Positions 41,498 to 49,992 of a DNA stretch of 64,000 nucleotides are shown here, piece after piece. Source of the stretch: Fibrobacteria bacterium. Its GTDB lineage: Bacteria > Fibrobacterota > Fibrobacteria > UBA11236. The stretch is from positions 1 to 64,000 of the forward strand of contig JAYTSD010000001.1 of NCBI GenBank assembly GCA_043745805.1, read 5' to 3'. Made by a program: the position numbers and the translations under genes. Under the pieces are notes generated by a model. That model did no database searches. It saw only the letters and a list, made by a program, of their open reading frames with translations, and was not told the DNA's origin. The first letter of the stretch is position 1, and each line of letters opens with the position of its first letter.

Positions 41498-41775
41498 CTA
41501 ACGTTTTATAAACCTCATCGATTTATGAAAATCATCAGCTTTAAAATCCATTATATATGACCCTTTAGATAGCCCGTCCGACCGTAAAGAGTAATACCCT
41601 ACATCGCGCATTTCATCAATTAAGGTTCTAGCGAGTTTTCCGCGTATGTCAATTAACTTAGCGGTTACATACATTCTTTTGGCTAAACCAAATTGCAATA
41701 TGCCATCGCCATTTTTCCCCATAGTTTGCAGAAAAAATTCCTTGGGTAAAAGTGTGTGCGTATTTGCAAATGAAT
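41498..41775 (-). pseudogene. Orphan C-terminal sorting-domain-like remnant
   Basis: IDIRGKLARTL...GLSKGSYIM pattern typical of secreted-protein CTDs; frame runs upstream into the DUF349 copy with no signal peptide. Confidence 0.55.
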
Positions 41776-41917
41776 TGGAAATGTATTGGACCAGTGCTTC
41801 AAGCGCAAAATGAATTTGTGTGGAAACGTTTCCGTACCGCCTGTGATACGGTATTAGGTGCGGTATTTCAAGAAGAGAATTGTTTAACTTAAGTTAAAAA
41901 TCAAGTTTTATAGTTAG
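41764..41917 (+). repeat. DUF349 3'-end repeat, copy 2
   Basis: Encodes NWKCIGPVLQAQNEFVWKRFRTACDTVLGAVFQEENCLT* with the stop exactly 4250 bp after the gene's stop; left terminator arm partly retained. Confidence 0.95.
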
Positions 41918-41983
41918 TGTCGTGGAGTTCAATTAATTGTATTAAAGGGATGGTCCCCAAGATTGCGAATTCTACTTCTTTCA

Positions 41984-43189
41984 TCACGGATCCAAACCTA
42001 GGTCAACGTACTTGAAACCGTATTTTGGATCAGTCAAGTAAATCAAGGTGTCGAAGGACCAATAGCTTCCGGTGGTGATATTTTTGAAATAGACATTTGC
42101 ATTAGAGTAAGCGTGATACATTCCAAAATTGTACTGGACCGAATCGGCGGGAAGGCTCCAAGCCAGGGTTTGTTGGTCGGTAAGTCCGGAATCGAGAACG
42201 ATTTTATTCACGGGGGTGGCGGAACGATTTCGAGCCAGTAAAATAAAATAGCTTGAGTTGCTGATCAAGGTCGAGGAATACGTCGCCGGTTGCCCAAGCA
42301 CAATGGTGTCCTTCCAAGTGACAATATTTCCCGAGGCGGCGGCAGCGAAGATGAGGCGGGTTGGACGACTCTTCAGATCCAGCATAAAGCTATCTGCAGG
42401 GGAAATGGAGGGTACATAGGTGTTACTCCCCGCATAAACGGTGGTGGTGAGATAGGCACCGGTATGGTTAATGAGTTTGAAATGAAAACCTAGGTCATCT
42501 TCATCCAAAGTCTCTTCGCGTATGCCAGAAAGGATTAGCTGAGCCAATATCGAGTCGAGCTGATTGTGGACTTCGATTTTGAGATTCACTATTGCATGGG
42601 AATCCCCGTTATAATTATCCGTATGTGCGTCCAAAGCGGAATTACCTGCTATCCGAAACAGAGGAGCGCTGCCCCCGTCCAGCCATTGGGTTCGCCCCTG
42701 GACTTGGTAGAAATATTTCAAGGACACGGAGTCTTGGTCCAAATTCGTGTTCACATCTGTTCTCACATCGAATTTACCGTTGTACATGTCGCCGTCATGG
42801 TCCACTGTGTTGAGGATTTGAGCCGTCAATGTATACGTGGCGGGAATCTTGTTCTTTTGAATGTTAGTGGTGGCGCTTCCATTGTAATTCAGCACGATAT
42901 CATACACCAAGATATTTCCTTTGTATCCTTTGATCGAAAACGTGGTCGGACCTCCCGCATAACCTGGCGCAGCCAGATTCACCAGTTGTTGCAATGATTT
43001 CAGAGAGTCGTCAAACCAGGTTGTAGGATTACCTTGCGCGTCCAAATGTTGGATTTGTACTCGGTGCATAGAAAGCAAAACGGTGTCGACATTTAAGTTA
43101 ACGCGATTGGATTTGCTGTCGTTGATATTACATGCGCACAGAAGCCAAAATGCTAACCAAACCAAAAGGGACAGAAACATTTTTTTCAC
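41984..43189 (-). CDS. Surface lipoprotein, beta-rich
   Basis: GTG start overlapping the upstream stop with GGAG RBS; LLCAC lipobox. Confidence 0.6.
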   Translation of the reverse strand: MKKMFLSLLVWLAFWLLCACNINDSKSNRVNLNVDTVLLSMHRVQIQHLDAQGNPTTWFDDSLKSLQQLVNLAAPGYAGGPTTFSIKGYKGNILVYDIVLNYNGSATTNIQKNKIPATYTLTAQILNTVDHDGDMYNGKFDVRTDVNTNLDQDSVSLKYFYQVQGRTQWLDGGSAPLFRIAGNSALDAHTDNYNGDSHAIVNLKIEVHNQLDSILAQLILSGIREETLDEDDLGFHFKLINHTGAYLTTTVYAGSNTYVPSISPADSFMLDLKSRPTRLIFAAAASGNIVTWKDTIVLGQPATYSSTLISNSSYFILLARNRSATPVNKIVLDSGLTDQQTLAWSLPADSVQYNFGMYHAYSNANVYFKNITTGSYWSFDTLIYLTDPKYGFKYVDLGLDP

Positions 43190-43899
43190 GGGGTCACTCC
43201 CACTGTGGAACGTGCGTCGATGGTATAAATCTGCGAAGATGATTTTGGCTGCATCAAGAAATAGGTGGCAATGCCTGTACCGATTACCGCAGTGCCGACT
43301 GCGGTCCAAACGAGAATCTTGGTTGTGGATAGGTAGGGTGACTGGGCGATTTCTGCGGGCGGAATTTTAGCGGTGGAAGTCTGTACTGTGCTTGGGCGAA
43401 CGCCGTTGCGCGCATAGTATTCCTCTTTGACCTTGTCGAAAAGTCGATCTATCTCGTCGCTCACGTACATGTCGATGAGCTTTATGGCCGGCTCTAGATC
43501 CAACAGCCGGTACATGTAATACTTGCCTTTTTCCCGCGTCCCCGGAGCGGCCGAATACACGACAGCCAAATGCTTTGCGATGAATACGCTGTCCGCGTGT
43601 TGGTAAACCGGGTTGGCCTTGGTGAAGGCTTCAATGGCACTGATAACGCTTTCGAACTCACCATTGTTATAGGTATTGTGGATGCCTTTTTGATCAAGCG
43701 CACCGCTTGCGGGTTGAGCCCACACCGAGATACCCAATCCAATCAAAACCAGTAAGAATACGGAGAACAGGTTTTTTGAATCTTTCCGTCCACTTCCTTT
43801 CATTTCGTTGCATCGGACCTTGTTCACAGGTGTTGTCGATTTTTCTAATTGATTCATAATGGGATTTTTCTTCCACTTAGGTATTTCCACCATCATCAT
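43186..43899 (-). CDS. Secreted TPR-like protein with C-terminal TM helix
   Basis: YNNGEF...DSVFIAKHLAVVY...YRLLDLEP, similar pattern to 23215..23934; start uncertain. Confidence 0.6.
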   Translation of the reverse strand: MMMVEIPKWKKNPIMNQLEKSTTPVNKVRCNEMKGSGRKDSKNLFSVFLLVLIGLGISVWAQPASGALDQKGIHNTYNNGEFESVISAIEAFTKANPVYQHADSVFIAKHLAVVYSAAPGTREKGKYYMYRLLDLEPAIKLIDMYVSDEIDRLFDKVKEEYYARNGVRPSTVQTSTAKIPPAEIAQSPYLSTTKILVWTAVGTAVIGTGIATYFLMQPKSSSQIYTIDARSTVGVTP

Positions 43900-43955
43900 T
43901 TCTCCTTTTTCCTATATCGGAAAAGTGGAAGTCTCGGCTCAACTCTTGGATTTAT

Positions 43956-44717
43956 TTATTTAACTATCAAATATCCAGTACTGCTTTTGTCATCAACGAC
44001 AATACTGTCCTGACCATTTCCAGAAAATGTTCCAGCTCGGATTTCTTTTTTTAATGGGATCACAGAAATTGTCATGTGGACCCGACTTTTAAGAACAAAT
44101 TTATGGCCTATCGGAGGAGAAATTGCAAACCAGATGCTTGGTATTACTGCACCCAAAATTGAAAATACAGGGACATCCATTGACATAGCATCTATTACTC
44201 CTCCGCTACATATTGTCACAGCTGCAAAGATTAATTGCGTTGTTAGTTTTGAATTTTGCCAATACTTTTCTTTAGAATAATCTATTCCGCCCCAGTCTAC
44301 TGATACAAGCAGCCTTAGGTCTGGTGAAATGGTTGCATTGTTGTTATGTAGATTTTCAGATCGGGGAAATTGTTCGTCTAGGATAAGTTCACGAGAGACT
44401 GGGGACATTTCCACAAGTACGCCTTCTTCAGCTGCCTTCGCTTCTACTGCCCCAGCGATATAATCGAGTAAATCTTTATTGGAATGCGGGAAAACCCCAT
44501 TTATTTCTATCCTCGCTTTTTTCCCAGCGTAGTTACGAAATTCAATTTTTTTACATGTTTCGGAAATGGCTTGCCTCGCCGCGTTTGAAATAAGCTCCTG
44601 TTGTATCGGGAGTCTTGGTGAAATAATTTCCATTGAGGTAGGCATGAGCTGCTTGTTTGTTGCGCATGCAGAAAACATGATAAGTGTGATCGATAAAATG
44701 ATGAATAAATTTTTCAT
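43956..44717 (-). CDS. Hypothetical lipoprotein with hydrophobic hairpin
   Basis: FSAC lipobox. Confidence 0.6.
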   Translation of the reverse strand: MKNLFIILSITLIMFSACATNKQLMPTSMEIISPRLPIQQELISNAARQAISETCKKIEFRNYAGKKARIEINGVFPHSNKDLLDYIAGAVEAKAAEEGVLVEMSPVSRELILDEQFPRSENLHNNNATISPDLRLLVSVDWGGIDYSKEKYWQNSKLTTQLIFAAVTICSGGVIDAMSMDVPVFSILGAVIPSIWFAISPPIGHKFVLKSRVHMTISVIPLKKEIRAGTFSGNGQDSIVVDDKSSTGYLIVK

Positions 44718-44731
44718 TTGTATCCTATTTA

Positions 44732-45277
44732 TTAATTGTTATCGGACAAAAGACAAATTTCATTTTTGAGGAAAAGACGCCGCCTGCCATTCAAAAAATA
44801 ATTTGATTTTTTGAACATAATTTGAGAAAATCTATTTTCGACTGGGAGCGGTTTAATTGAAGTCACCAAACTCAATTGTTGAATTTCATTCGGCGTCGGT
44901 TTGAAGTTCCATGCACATAACCCAGTCCTTACGCCATTTGTGACCGAGGTGTTCCGTTGAGCGAATAAGATTAGGGTGTCGTCTTTAAAAAAATGGACAT
45001 CGCATGCACTCTCTTCTATCAACCCACCAGCTGTACCTGCATTTAAAATTGCAAGGCTTTTTACACCTAACGGCGTTTTGCTGAAATCCCTAATTATTTT
45101 GAATTCCGTTTGATCCCAATCTGTCCCCCTATGGAGGTCACCTACCACTCCATATACTGTGACATCGAATAGGTCGCGTCTTTCGAGCAAAGTAATTCCA
45201 TAATTTGTGCATTGGCAAGCCCCAGCGAGTTTAACAGCAAGGTACGTTGTTAAAGAAATCACAAAAATTAATTTCAT
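44732..45277 (-). CDS. Secreted TIMP/NTR-like protein
   Basis: Signal peptide ending AGA then CQC; later SAC..F and GLC. Confidence 0.5.
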   Translation of the reverse strand: MKLIFVISLTTYLAVKLAGACQCTNYGITLLERRDLFDVTVYGVVGDLHRGTDWDQTEFKIIRDFSKTPLGVKSLAILNAGTAGGLIEESACDVHFFKDDTLILFAQRNTSVTNGVRTGLCAWNFKPTPNEIQQLSLVTSIKPLPVENRFSQIMFKKSNYFLNGRRRLFLKNEICLLSDNN

Positions 45278-45348
45278 ATTTTTCCCTTTGATGGTGATTA
45301 AATTACTGATTAAAAATTTAAAGTATTTTCAGTTTTTGTTTAACAAAA

Positions 45349-45570
45349 TTAAAGACCGCATGGCGATAAAGATTTTTTAAAACTAAAGCCGCTTCCAATG
45401 TTTATAGAAACTACATCCGAGGTTAAAACACTCCCACTGAGCCACCATCCTCCGTATACAGGGACACTTTCGCCACTTAGGGCTTTGCACGATATTCCAT
45501 AACAAGTGTTTTGAGCTATGGAAATTTGTAAAGCAATCAAAATAATCGCAGAAGCCAATGCTGTTCTCAT
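45349..45570 (-). pseudogene. Internally deleted paralog of 40075..41367 (signal peptide fused to last ~50 aa)
   Basis: GGWWLSGSVLTSDVVSINIGSGFSFKKSLSPCG aligns with GQWWLDGNILKSDIVSVNVGIGFTFTKSILPCG. Confidence 0.7.
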
Positions 45571-45683
45571 AAATACTCTCCTGATACACAACAAGATTCG
45601 TCGCCAAAAAGAATGGCAAAAAGCGATTCTTTAGCGAACCCAATGATTCCAATATGTGTTTATGAAAGAAGCAATTCTTTTAC

Positions 45684-45732
45684 ATCTTGTAAGCTGACAT
45701 TTCGCTGACAAGCATTTTAGGGGAAGCAAAAG
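45684..45732 (-). promoter_or_regulatory. 49-bp upstream element, copy 2
   Basis: 48/49 identical to 41437-41485. Confidence 0.8.
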
Positions 45733-45820
45733 TCGGAAGAAGATCGTGTCGAAAGTCGAGCAATACCTTTCACAATCATTCGTTACAACAAGCACTTTGC
45801 GATTAATTCCCTTTTAAAAT

Positions 45821-45859
45821 GGTATTAGGTCGTTTCGAAAATGAAAATAGTTTGACTTC
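45821..45859 (+). repeat. DUF349 3'-end repeat, degenerate copy 3
   Basis: GGTATTAGGT then TTTCGAAAATGAAAATAGTTTGACTT; reads VLGRFENENSLT versus VLGAVFQEENCLT in copy 2. Confidence 0.5.
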
Positions 45860-47246
45860 AAAATATTTCTTGAAACTCCACCGGACAATTACTTTTAAAA
45901 CTAAACTCGCCGATTCCGGTTTTTTCTAAACGAACAAGACTTGTGGCTTCTGCAAGTTTATCCCGCAGACGATTCCAACGCGTTTCAAAACTGGAATTTT
46001 TCGTATTGGAAAAAATATCTTGATCATATTTGAAAGAGCGGAAATCAAAAGTTGTCTGACCTTTTTCATTTGCCAATAAAATTTTTCTCAGTATCTTTGC
46101 GGGTACCCCAGATATTAAGGTTTTACCATTGAGTAAAATAGCTTGCGCTTCGGAATGATATTCAAAAATTATTCGAAAAGCCACTTGTTCTAGGAGATGT
46201 AAATGGATACGTTCGACGGATTTCAAAACGCCAAGTTCCTCAGCAATCAAATCGTCCACTAATGAGTCGATTCGTCCATGGATTTTACCCGCCTTTTTCC
46301 ATCGAAACCCTTCGATATGTGTTGGTGCTTCATAACCGCAGGCAGGGAACAAAACAATGCGCTGTCGCAATGGACAGTAATACTCTTTTTCTATTACAAT
46401 TATTTCGCTATCAGGTACTTTTACTTTTTTAAGTTCAGGAAGCAAGAACGCGCAATGATCGTGGAGTCGCTTTTTGCGTCCAAAGGGTTTGCCTGCAATG
46501 AAAAAAATATCGCCGACCAAATGATGATCTACTTGCCAAAGTATTTCTTTAAGTTTGCGCATATCGGCTATAGGAAAGGATTCATCAATAGGAGTTCCTC
46601 CTAATGCGCGTGGATAGCGGCAAATAATTTGCGCACCAAATAAATGATAATCCGAAGGATAAAGCCCAGAAAATTTTTTATCCGGAATATATAAAACCCA
46701 GGCGGTTGTGAATCCTTGGTTTTTCTCTACGCGAATGGCCCTATTGATGCATCCAGGAATATAGCGTTCTGAAACCAAAGCCATAGCCTTGAAAAGGAAA
46801 TCACGGGGATCGGCAGCGCGTAAAAGTAAAGGCAAGGCAGGCTTTAACCAATGTAGTAGTAGTTTTCCAGGAATTACGGATCCTCGATTAACGCGAAGAC
46901 ACATTTTATCCACAATGCCAAGTATATTGGCTGATTTCCACACAGTAAATTGCTCCAAGCAATCCATAGTTGTTTGAACAAAATCCAGAGGAAATGTTCC
47001 ATTTTCTTGCCACAATCTTTGGTAAAGTTCTTCTTCTTTGATTCGCCCATCAGCACTGAGATCTGAAATACGAGCCTTCCAGAATTCTCTGACTGACTCT
47101 AAATCGAATTCTGTAAGCATTACTGAATAAAGTGCTTTTAAGTAGAGGTTGGATATATTCGGATTAAAAATAGCTGGTCGAGTTGGATCTTTGTAATCTG
47201 CAATTATTTTAGGTGAAATCGAAGTAAGAGAATCTAATACTGGCAT
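45858..47246 (-). CDS. Putative regulator with C-terminal OmpR-like winged helix
   Basis: LNG..LISGVPAKILRKIL...FETRWNRLRDKL...LEKTGIGEF; N-terminal region unassigned. Confidence 0.55.
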   Translation of the reverse strand: MPVLDSLTSISPKIIADYKDPTRPAIFNPNISNLYLKALYSVMLTEFDLESVREFWKARISDLSADGRIKEEELYQRLWQENGTFPLDFVQTTMDCLEQFTVWKSANILGIVDKMCLRVNRGSVIPGKLLLHWLKPALPLLLRAADPRDFLFKAMALVSERYIPGCINRAIRVEKNQGFTTAWVLYIPDKKFSGLYPSDYHLFGAQIICRYPRALGGTPIDESFPIADMRKLKEILWQVDHHLVGDIFFIAGKPFGRKKRLHDHCAFLLPELKKVKVPDSEIIVIEKEYYCPLRQRIVLFPACGYEAPTHIEGFRWKKAGKIHGRIDSLVDDLIAEELGVLKSVERIHLHLLEQVAFRIIFEYHSEAQAILLNGKTLISGVPAKILRKILLANEKGQTTFDFRSFKYDQDIFSNTKNSSFETRWNRLRDKLAEATSLVRLEKTGIGEFSFKSNCPVEFQEIF

Positions 47247-47390
47247 TTGATTTTCCTCAAATAGGATGCATTAGATTTTTTTAATTATCGATTTTCCGTT
47301 TTCCAGAAGAATCAAATTTTTTATTGATTAAGTAATGCCGCCCAATACATTTAATGTATTACTTAATTGGATTTCTTTGTAGTGCGCCGG

Positions 47391-48524
47391 CTATTCTGCT
47401 TTTAAAATAATATTCGTGATTTCCGAGGGAACGCCTAAGCGCAGAGGTGGCCCCCAAAATCCGGTTCCGGCATTAACGTAAACCCACATTTGTTTATGCA
47501 AGTTTAAGCTTTTGTGATAAGGATTAAACCATCCTACTAATAAACTAATAGGAAAAAACTGACCCCAATGCGTATGCCCGCAAAGCATTATATCAAAGCC
47601 TGCTTCTTCTACGGTGAAGCAACTTTTGGGCTGATGAGCCAACATAATTTTTAGAGCCGCTTGATATTCGATAGGCGGTGCGGCTAATTTTGCATCAGGT
47701 TTTTGATCGGGAAAGAAGCGCGTGCAAGTATGATCGGGAATACCGGCTACCCAAATATTTTTTTCGGGAAGAGAAATTATTTTTCCGGCATTATGGAAAT
47801 GTGTGATTCCTAATTCCCGAACTTTTTTTTCCCATTGATCGCCTTTCCAATAATATTCATGATTACCGGTTACATAATAGACACCATCTCGTGCGTGCAG
47901 TTTTCGCAAAGGCTCTAATTCATCAGTTAATTGCGAAGCTTCGCCATCGCCCATATCACCAGTTAAAGCAATAAAATCAGGTTTTAAAGCTAAGGTTTTT
48001 TGCACCACATTTTCCACATACTTTTTACCAATCATCGGTCCTACATGTAAATCACTGATTTGTACAATGCGATATCCATCCTGAGATTTGGGCCAATCTT
48101 TCAGAGTGATTTCCACGTTACGTATAATAGGGCCTACTAATGCAGTGCGCATGCCCCATAAATTGGCGATAAAACAAAGGCTAAAAGTTATACCATTGAT
48201 TAAGGGGATATGGGAATATAAAGAAATGGTTTTTCCCGACAGATAATAAGTAGCTACAACAATTAAATCTTTAGCTGCGGTACCGAAAAATAAATGTGTC
48301 ATTAAGCCTAAAGCAAAATAAGTCAGAAAAAGTAAAAGCGGGCTTTTTTCAAATTGTTCTTTTTTAAACCAGCGTAAAAATTGAATCGCAAAACCGAGTA
48401 TAAAAAATACTAGGAGGATATTTTGAGCGAGGGGTGGGAGTTTTGCGCTGAGAACTAAATGTCGCCAAACATAGATCCAAACGCTGCTTAAAATGAAGAG
48501 TATAAGGGAAAAGAAAATCGCCAT
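47391..48524 (-). CDS. Membrane-anchored metallophosphoesterase (YkuE-like)
   Basis: SDLHVG, TGD, GNHE, AHQP, GHTHWGQ. Confidence 0.92.
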   Translation of the reverse strand: MAIFFSLILFILSSVWIYVWRHLVLSAKLPPLAQNILLVFFILGFAIQFLRWFKKEQFEKSPLLLFLTYFALGLMTHLFFGTAAKDLIVVATYYLSGKTISLYSHIPLINGITFSLCFIANLWGMRTALVGPIIRNVEITLKDWPKSQDGYRIVQISDLHVGPMIGKKYVENVVQKTLALKPDFIALTGDMGDGEASQLTDELEPLRKLHARDGVYYVTGNHEYYWKGDQWEKKVRELGITHFHNAGKIISLPEKNIWVAGIPDHTCTRFFPDQKPDAKLAAPPIEYQAALKIMLAHQPKSCFTVEEAGFDIMLCGHTHWGQFFPISLLVGWFNPYHKSLNLHKQMWVYVNAGTGFWGPPLRLGVPSEITNIILKAE

Positions 48525-48561
48525 AAAACTATCCCGAAACTTTCTGCAAGCTAGTTTAAAG

Positions 48562-49989
48562 CTAGCCCATTAAATGCTGAATATAATTATACGCCCAAGG
48601 GGTAACTCCCAAAACCAACATGGCAAGGGTGAGAACAATTAAGCACCAACGTTGGAGAAAGTTGATTTCTAGAGGAAGCACTTCACCTTCGGGCTGGGTA
48701 ATATAAGCCGCCTTTACAATAAGCATATAGTAGTAAAAGGAAAGTACCGAATTTGCCGCGGCAATGAATACTAACAGATAATGTCCTGAGCTTGCAGCTG
48801 AGGAGAATAATAAAAACTTGCCCAAAAATCCTGCAAGAGGAGGAATGCCGGCGAGGGAAAACATGCTTAACATTAGCACTGCTGCTAATCCTGGGCTTTG
48901 CACACTTAAGCCATGTAAGGAAGAAAATGTTTCGGTACGTTTTTGTCCAATAATAGACATGACAAAAAATACTGCAAAATTTCCGGCGGCATAGACGTAT
49001 AAATAATAGGTGGAAGAACTTAAAGCGCTATGACGATCTCCTAAAAAGGCAAGTAGTATGTAACCCGCTTGGGCAATAGAAGAATAGGCGATGAAGCGGC
49101 GAAAATCATTTTGTTTTAATGCGCCTAAATTCCCTAGTAACATACCGATTACGGAAAGCATACAAAGCATGGGAGCAAGTGTTTGTCGCATGGGTTCTAA
49201 GGGGCCACAGATTAATAAAGTTAAGGCGGCGATGGCGGCAGTTTTTGAAGCCGTAGAGATAAATGCGGTAACTGGTGTTGGTGCGCCTTGATAAACATCA
49301 GGAGCCCACATGTGAAAGGGCGGGATAGCCAGTTTAAAGCCTAGCCCTGCGAAAATAAATAATAGCCCTAAACCTAAATAGGGATGAGGAGCTGGATCTA
49401 ACGCTACGGCATTTAAGGCAGCGAAATGGAGGGAACCGACTTCGCCATAAACAAAGGATATTCCAAATAAAAGCAAAGCCGTGGTAAGGCTACCCATGAA
49501 TATGTATTTCATGGATGCTTCGGAGCCTTCGGTATCGCGCGCAAAGGCCGTGAGTATATATAAAGGAATAGTGGCTAATTCTAAACCCACAAAAAAAGTA
49601 AGCCATTCACGGGAGGATAATAAAGCGAACATACCCGCTAAACAAAAAAGAAGGATGGATAAAAATTCCCCTGGCCGAGTTAGCGTACCGCGTTTGTTAC
49701 CCCCTTCTCGGAAATAAGATTTGGAAAGTGCTACTGTGAATAATCCAATTAAGGCGAGTAATTGTTTAATTCCTAAAGTCCAAGGTGTGCAGCGATAATT
49801 ACCCCAATAGAGTACGCCAATATCTTTAGGTAAAAGACAAAGCCAAATGAATACAGCTATTAATCCTAGGCTCGCAATGCGAAAAGTGGCGCCTGGCCAA
49901 ATTTTGGAAGGAAATAAATCTACGATTAAAACCGCGAATGCTAAAAGCACCAACAGTATATCGGGCATTATTAAGAAAGTAAAATTCAT
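48562..49989 (-). CDS. nuoN: NADH-quinone oxidoreductase subunit N
   Basis: EASMKY, FK....PFHMWAPDVYQGAP, SLAGIPP. Confidence 0.93.
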   Translation of the reverse strand: MNFTFLIMPDILLVLLAFAVLIVDLFPSKIWPGATFRIASLGLIAVFIWLCLLPKDIGVLYWGNYRCTPWTLGIKQLLALIGLFTVALSKSYFREGGNKRGTLTRPGEFLSILLFCLAGMFALLSSREWLTFFVGLELATIPLYILTAFARDTEGSEASMKYIFMGSLTTALLLFGISFVYGEVGSLHFAALNAVALDPAPHPYLGLGLLFIFAGLGFKLAIPPFHMWAPDVYQGAPTPVTAFISTASKTAAIAALTLLICGPLEPMRQTLAPMLCMLSVIGMLLGNLGALKQNDFRRFIAYSSIAQAGYILLAFLGDRHSALSSSTYYLYVYAAGNFAVFFVMSIIGQKRTETFSSLHGLSVQSPGLAAVLMLSMFSLAGIPPLAGFLGKFLLFSSAASSGHYLLVFIAAANSVLSFYYYMLIVKAAYITQPEGEVLPLEINFLQRWCLIVLTLAMLVLGVTPWAYNYIQHLMG

Positions 49990-49992
49990 GGC

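Noticed and set aside
37643-45860. Integron cassette array, prophage or IS
   Set aside because: No attC-like RYYYAAC...GTTRRRY structures recognised between genes; no integrase, transposase or phage genes
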